A stretch of 63,777 bases of DNA, counting the filler, from Planctomycetota bacterium (GTDB lineage Bacteria; Planctomycetota; Planctomycetia; JALXBF01): the NCBI GenBank assembly GCA_026991575.1. It is 4 parts of 4 records of this genome, joined end to end, with 100 filler letters (N's around TTAATTAATTAA, not from the genome) between each part and the next. Parts side by side here need not be neighbours in the genome. Positions count along the whole stretch, not along the records: positions 57,154 to 63,777 come from JALXBF010000061.1; 3 more parts are not named here. One strand, 5' to 3'. Both the position numbers and the translations under genes were made by a program. The notes under the pieces are model-generated. The model was not told the DNA's origin, did no database searches, and was given only the letters and a program-made list of their open reading frames with translations. Below, piece after piece: positions 60,426 through 63,777 of the stretch; positions within the stretch are counted from its first letter, which is position 1; the number at the start of each line of letters is the position of its first letter.

Positions 60426-62383
60426 GTGTGTGATCCGAATCAGACGTATGCGTTGACGTACGACGTGCTGGGGCGAGTGGAGAGCCTGGACAATGCGGAC
60501 AGTCCGTCGATCTATCCCCACGTGGTGCTGGTGAACCAGTACGATCCGAATGGGAATCGGACCTCGCTGACGGATAACTACGGTACGGAGTGGTGGTTTG
60601 AGCATGATGCGCTCAATCGGCTGACGAAGGCCGAGTTGGTGGTGGACCAGGCGGTGAAACCGGTGGCGGAACTCAGTTATGATCCCGCGAGCCGGTTGAC
60701 CCAGATCGTGCGGTACCAGCCGGGGACGGCGGGTAGTGGGTGGATGGATCCGCAGCTCATCACGACCTACGGTTACGATCCGGCATCGCGGGTTACCTCG
60801 ATTGACCACGATTACAAGGATTCGCAAGGGAACGTCAGTGGGCTACAGGACTTTGCGTACACGTGGGATGCGGCCGGTCAGATTGTGAGCTACGTTGGTC
60901 CGGAGGGGACGCGCACGTATGGGTACGATCCGCAGGGTCAGTTGACGGACGTGTGGGATGGCCAGGGGAACCTGGTCGAGTACTACCGGTACACGCCGAA
61001 TGGCAATCGCACGGAGTCCCACCTGCACGGGACGGGCTACGTGACCGGAGCGGACAATCGGCTGCTGTCGGATGGAACCAACGACTACGAGTACGACAAC
61101 GAAGGGAACCTGATTCGCAAGACGAACACGGTGACCGGTGAGGTGACGGAGTACACGTGGGACTACCGCAACCGGCTGACGGCCGTGGTGCACAAGGATG
61201 GCCAGGGCAATGTGCTGTGGACTGAGACGTACGTCTACGATGCGTTCAACCGCCGGATTGCGTTCTATGAGGACCCCGATGGTCCGACCGGCCCTGAGCC
61301 GGAGCGGTTCACGTTTGTGCTGCATGACCTGACTCAGCCGCCGACGGCCGAGCAGGTGGCTCGGGGTGGGCTGGCTCCGTATGTGGATGGCATCTACGGG
61401 AGTGCGCTCTTTGCGGCGAACCCGCTGGCGGACTTCACCGATCCGGACACTTCCGACGGCATCACGCCGCAGCTAACTGAGCGGCGTCTGTACGCCGAGG
61501 CGGTGGACGCCCTGCTTGCCCGCGAGGACGCCCTCGGCGAGATCTCCTTCAACCTCACCGACGACCTGGGCAGCATCCGCGCCTGGACCGATTCCTCAGG
61601 CGCAATCCTGGAGAGCCTTGCCTATGAGGCGTTCGGCCTACCGATTGGCGGCTGGTCAAGCAGCTCGCGGTTCGGATACACGGGCCGCGAATGGGGCGGG
61701 CCCAGTGCCCTGTGGGCCATGCGGGCACGCTACCACGGGCCCGCTACAGGGCGGTTTGTGTCGTCAGATCCAATCGGCCTCCGTACGGACCACATGCCAC
61801 ATCGCTACGCGGGGAACGATCCAATTGCCGCGCGCGACCAGTTGGGACTCTTTGTATCGACAGGCGACGCGCTACCGATATTTGCCCCGGGTGGAGGTTG
61901 GTCGGAGAAGCTCGTTCAGGGCATTAAGGGGCTGGGACAGCGAATCCGGGATAGGTTCAAAGAGGGATGGGAGAGAACAAGGGAGCGGTGGGAGGAACTC
62001 AGGGGACCTGACTTCAGGAGAAAGCTCAAATGTGCGATATTGGCATCCGGTTTCGCCCTTGAGGTAGATGCAGTTCTACTAGGGCTATTGATCGCTGTAT
62101 TCCCCGAGAGCGGTGGTATTGGAGACGTCCCCAAGTGGCGGTGGCCGTCTTGGCTGCGCTGGGATTCCTCGCGACCGCGCACGAGCAGCTGGACCACATA
62201 CGAAACGTCTGCAAGGGACTTGGCCCCGGAATGGAACAGAAGTTTAAGGAGATAGAGAAAAAGATCCAGCGCACTGAAACAATGGTCGACGGCTTGGAGC
62301 AACAGTATCCGGGACTCTTGGACAAGCTAGCCCCGTCACCACGCCGAAAAGGAAAACCGACGCATGGCCCAAGGGCGGAGTGA
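60426..62383 (+). pseudogene. Orphan RHS/YD-repeat toxin with a 1-nt frameshift in the toxin domain
   Basis: Many YD repeats, YTGREW, GRFVSSDPIG, PIAARDQLGL. Adding one C at CCCC 62129-62132 joins ORF 62135-62383. Confidence 0.85.
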
Positions 62384-63090
62384 GGGGCGCTACTACTAAC
62401 ATGGAGGCCCTGAGATCGCGGGCCTTCGGACCATCACACAGCAGGGACCTCTCCATGGATCAGATAGCAGAACGCGACATCGAGCTCCTTGCAGAGCGTC
62501 TGAGGCTGGCCTACGCAGACGCGGATCGATTGAGATACGCCCTGTCCATTGAAAGGACGTCGCGGAGCCGCGTCCGGCTCGGCGTCGGGTTGGCGGCACT
62601 GTCGGCAAGCACGGTGGGTTGGCTGCTTCTCGTCTTGGTGGACGAGGACGGCCTAGCGCTAGTCGCGTTTCAGTTAATCCTCCTTTTAGTGGGTGCTGTC
62701 TCAATAGAGTCCATGCGGGTATCGTTATGCGAACTCATCCAGGCCGTAACAAGATCTATCCTTGACCAGGGCTCTAACGTACTGACGCTGAATCAGCGGG
62801 ACGCGTTGCGTCACCTAGCGACGACACCACGCCGGCGGGACTGGCGTCTGATCCAAGGCATCGGGGGTGCTGTCGCCGTCGCCGCCTTCGTCGCAGTCCG
62901 TGCGGCGCCGACCGAAGGGGCGTCTACGATGACCTGGTCGAGCCTCGGGGTGTTTGCGATGCTGTGGCCGCTGGTTGCCAGCAGAACCCTGTTGAATTAC
63001 GAGCTGTTGGCAGCCTCCTTGTGGAAGCTCTACGAGGGAGAGGACGCGCCGTCCTGGCGGGACCTGCCTGGGCCGACGCGGCAGGGGTAA
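62380..63090 (+). CDS. Four-TM membrane protein, putative immunity protein
   Basis: Directly follows the toxin (GTGA overlap; ATG 62401 or 62455 also possible); two TM hairpins. Confidence 0.65.
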   Translation: MRGATTNMEALRSRAFGPSHSRDLSMDQIAERDIELLAERLRLAYADADRLRYALSIERTSRSRVRLGVGLAALSASTVGWLLLVLVDEDGLALVAFQLILLLVGAVSIESMRVSLCELIQAVTRSILDQGSNVLTLNQRDALRHLATTPRRRDWRLIQGIGGAVAVAAFVAVRAAPTEGASTMTWSSLGVFAMLWPLVASRTLLNYELLAASLWKLYEGEDAPSWRDLPGPTRQG

Positions 63091-63236
63091 CACACTTGGG
63101 ATAAGGTAGCTGGTGGTACGTCTGAGGCCCTTGGACTGGGCTAGTAAGGCTCTAGTCAGAGGTTGCATTGGCGAGGCGATCATGGCAAGCTGTCTCGGCT
63201 TGAGGAGCCTAGAAACGAGGACAGCGAAGGAATGTC

Positions 63237-63777
63237 ATGGTTCGGACGAAGAGGATTGCTTTGGTGGAGCATTTGTCAAGGGCGCCGGACCGACGGCGGC
63301 AGTGTGCGAACGTACGCGATCCGCAGGTGAGCGTACTTGTGCTGGCGTTGTGTGGGATCCTGGGTGGGGTAAGGAGTTTTCGAGCGATTGAGGCGTACTG
63401 CCGTAGGAACGAGACGTTTGTTTGCGAGTGGCTGGACTTGCCGCATGGGATTCCGTCGCACGACACGTTTGCCCGGGTGTTTCAGGTGGTGGACCCTGAG
63501 GAGGTGATTGGGGCGTTGACGGAGTGGCTGTTGGACTTGCGTGCCCGTCGTGGGGAGGGCGGTCGGCCGTTGGTGGCGATTGACGGGAAAGCGTTGCGAG
63601 GGACGCAGCGTGGGCGGTCTGGGGGCGCGGTGCTGCAGGTGGTGACGGCGTGGGCCACGGAGGCGGGGCTGGTGTTGGCCCAGGTCGGGTCGGAACCGGA
63701 CACGAACGAGACGGCGGTGATTCCGCATCTGATTGATTTGCTTGAACTAAAGGGTGCCATCGTGACGATCGACGCGG
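63237..63777 (+). mobile_element. ISAs1-family (H-repeat) transposase, 3' truncated by window edge
   Basis: Not in the ORF track; translation from ATG 63237 gives GIPSHDTFARVF, AIDGKALRG, NE, LKGAIVTIDA. Confidence 0.92.

Noticed and set aside
49867..63777. Diversity-generating retroelement (repeats plus a group II-like RNA)
   Set aside because: No reverse transcriptase, and mismatches between repeat copies are not confined to adenines.

Overview
High-GC bacterial sequence, most likely a Planctomycetota genome bin (inferred from fhcD/fhcC, many Tat-signal Gfo/Idh/MocA oxidoreductases and a DUF6807/PmoA-like protein). It is four contigs joined by artificial 100-nt N44-TTAATTAATTAA-N44 spacers: 1-25064, 25165-49766, 49867-57053 and 57154-63777. 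Contigs 1-2 are mostly housekeeping and accessory genes: a moeA-moeA/PBP-fhcD-fhcC-CPBP operon, prfB with its +1 frameshift, a MerR-type operator in front of an atypical CcdA-like protein and a YPC-type P1B ATPase, a GlnE-like gene, nagA, a Rieske plus cytochrome b/diheme c pair, glycosyltransferases and a phosphorelay cluster. Contigs 3-4 are two variant versions of a polymorphic toxin-like locus. Each starts with the same large-exoprotein tail ending in a variable metzincin (HEVGHQFGLAD) domain, followed by a signal-peptide HEAT-like partner and then an orphan RHS toxin/immunity module. One RHS toxin is split by a complete IS5 element; removing it restores a beta-strand-rich C-terminal domain ending in a beta-signal-like YGYQF. 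The other is broken by a 1-nt frameshift. Contig 3 also holds an apparently complete ORF-less group II intron, and contig 4 ends in an ISAs1 (H-repeat) transposase. All calls come from reading motifs by eye; no database searches were run.
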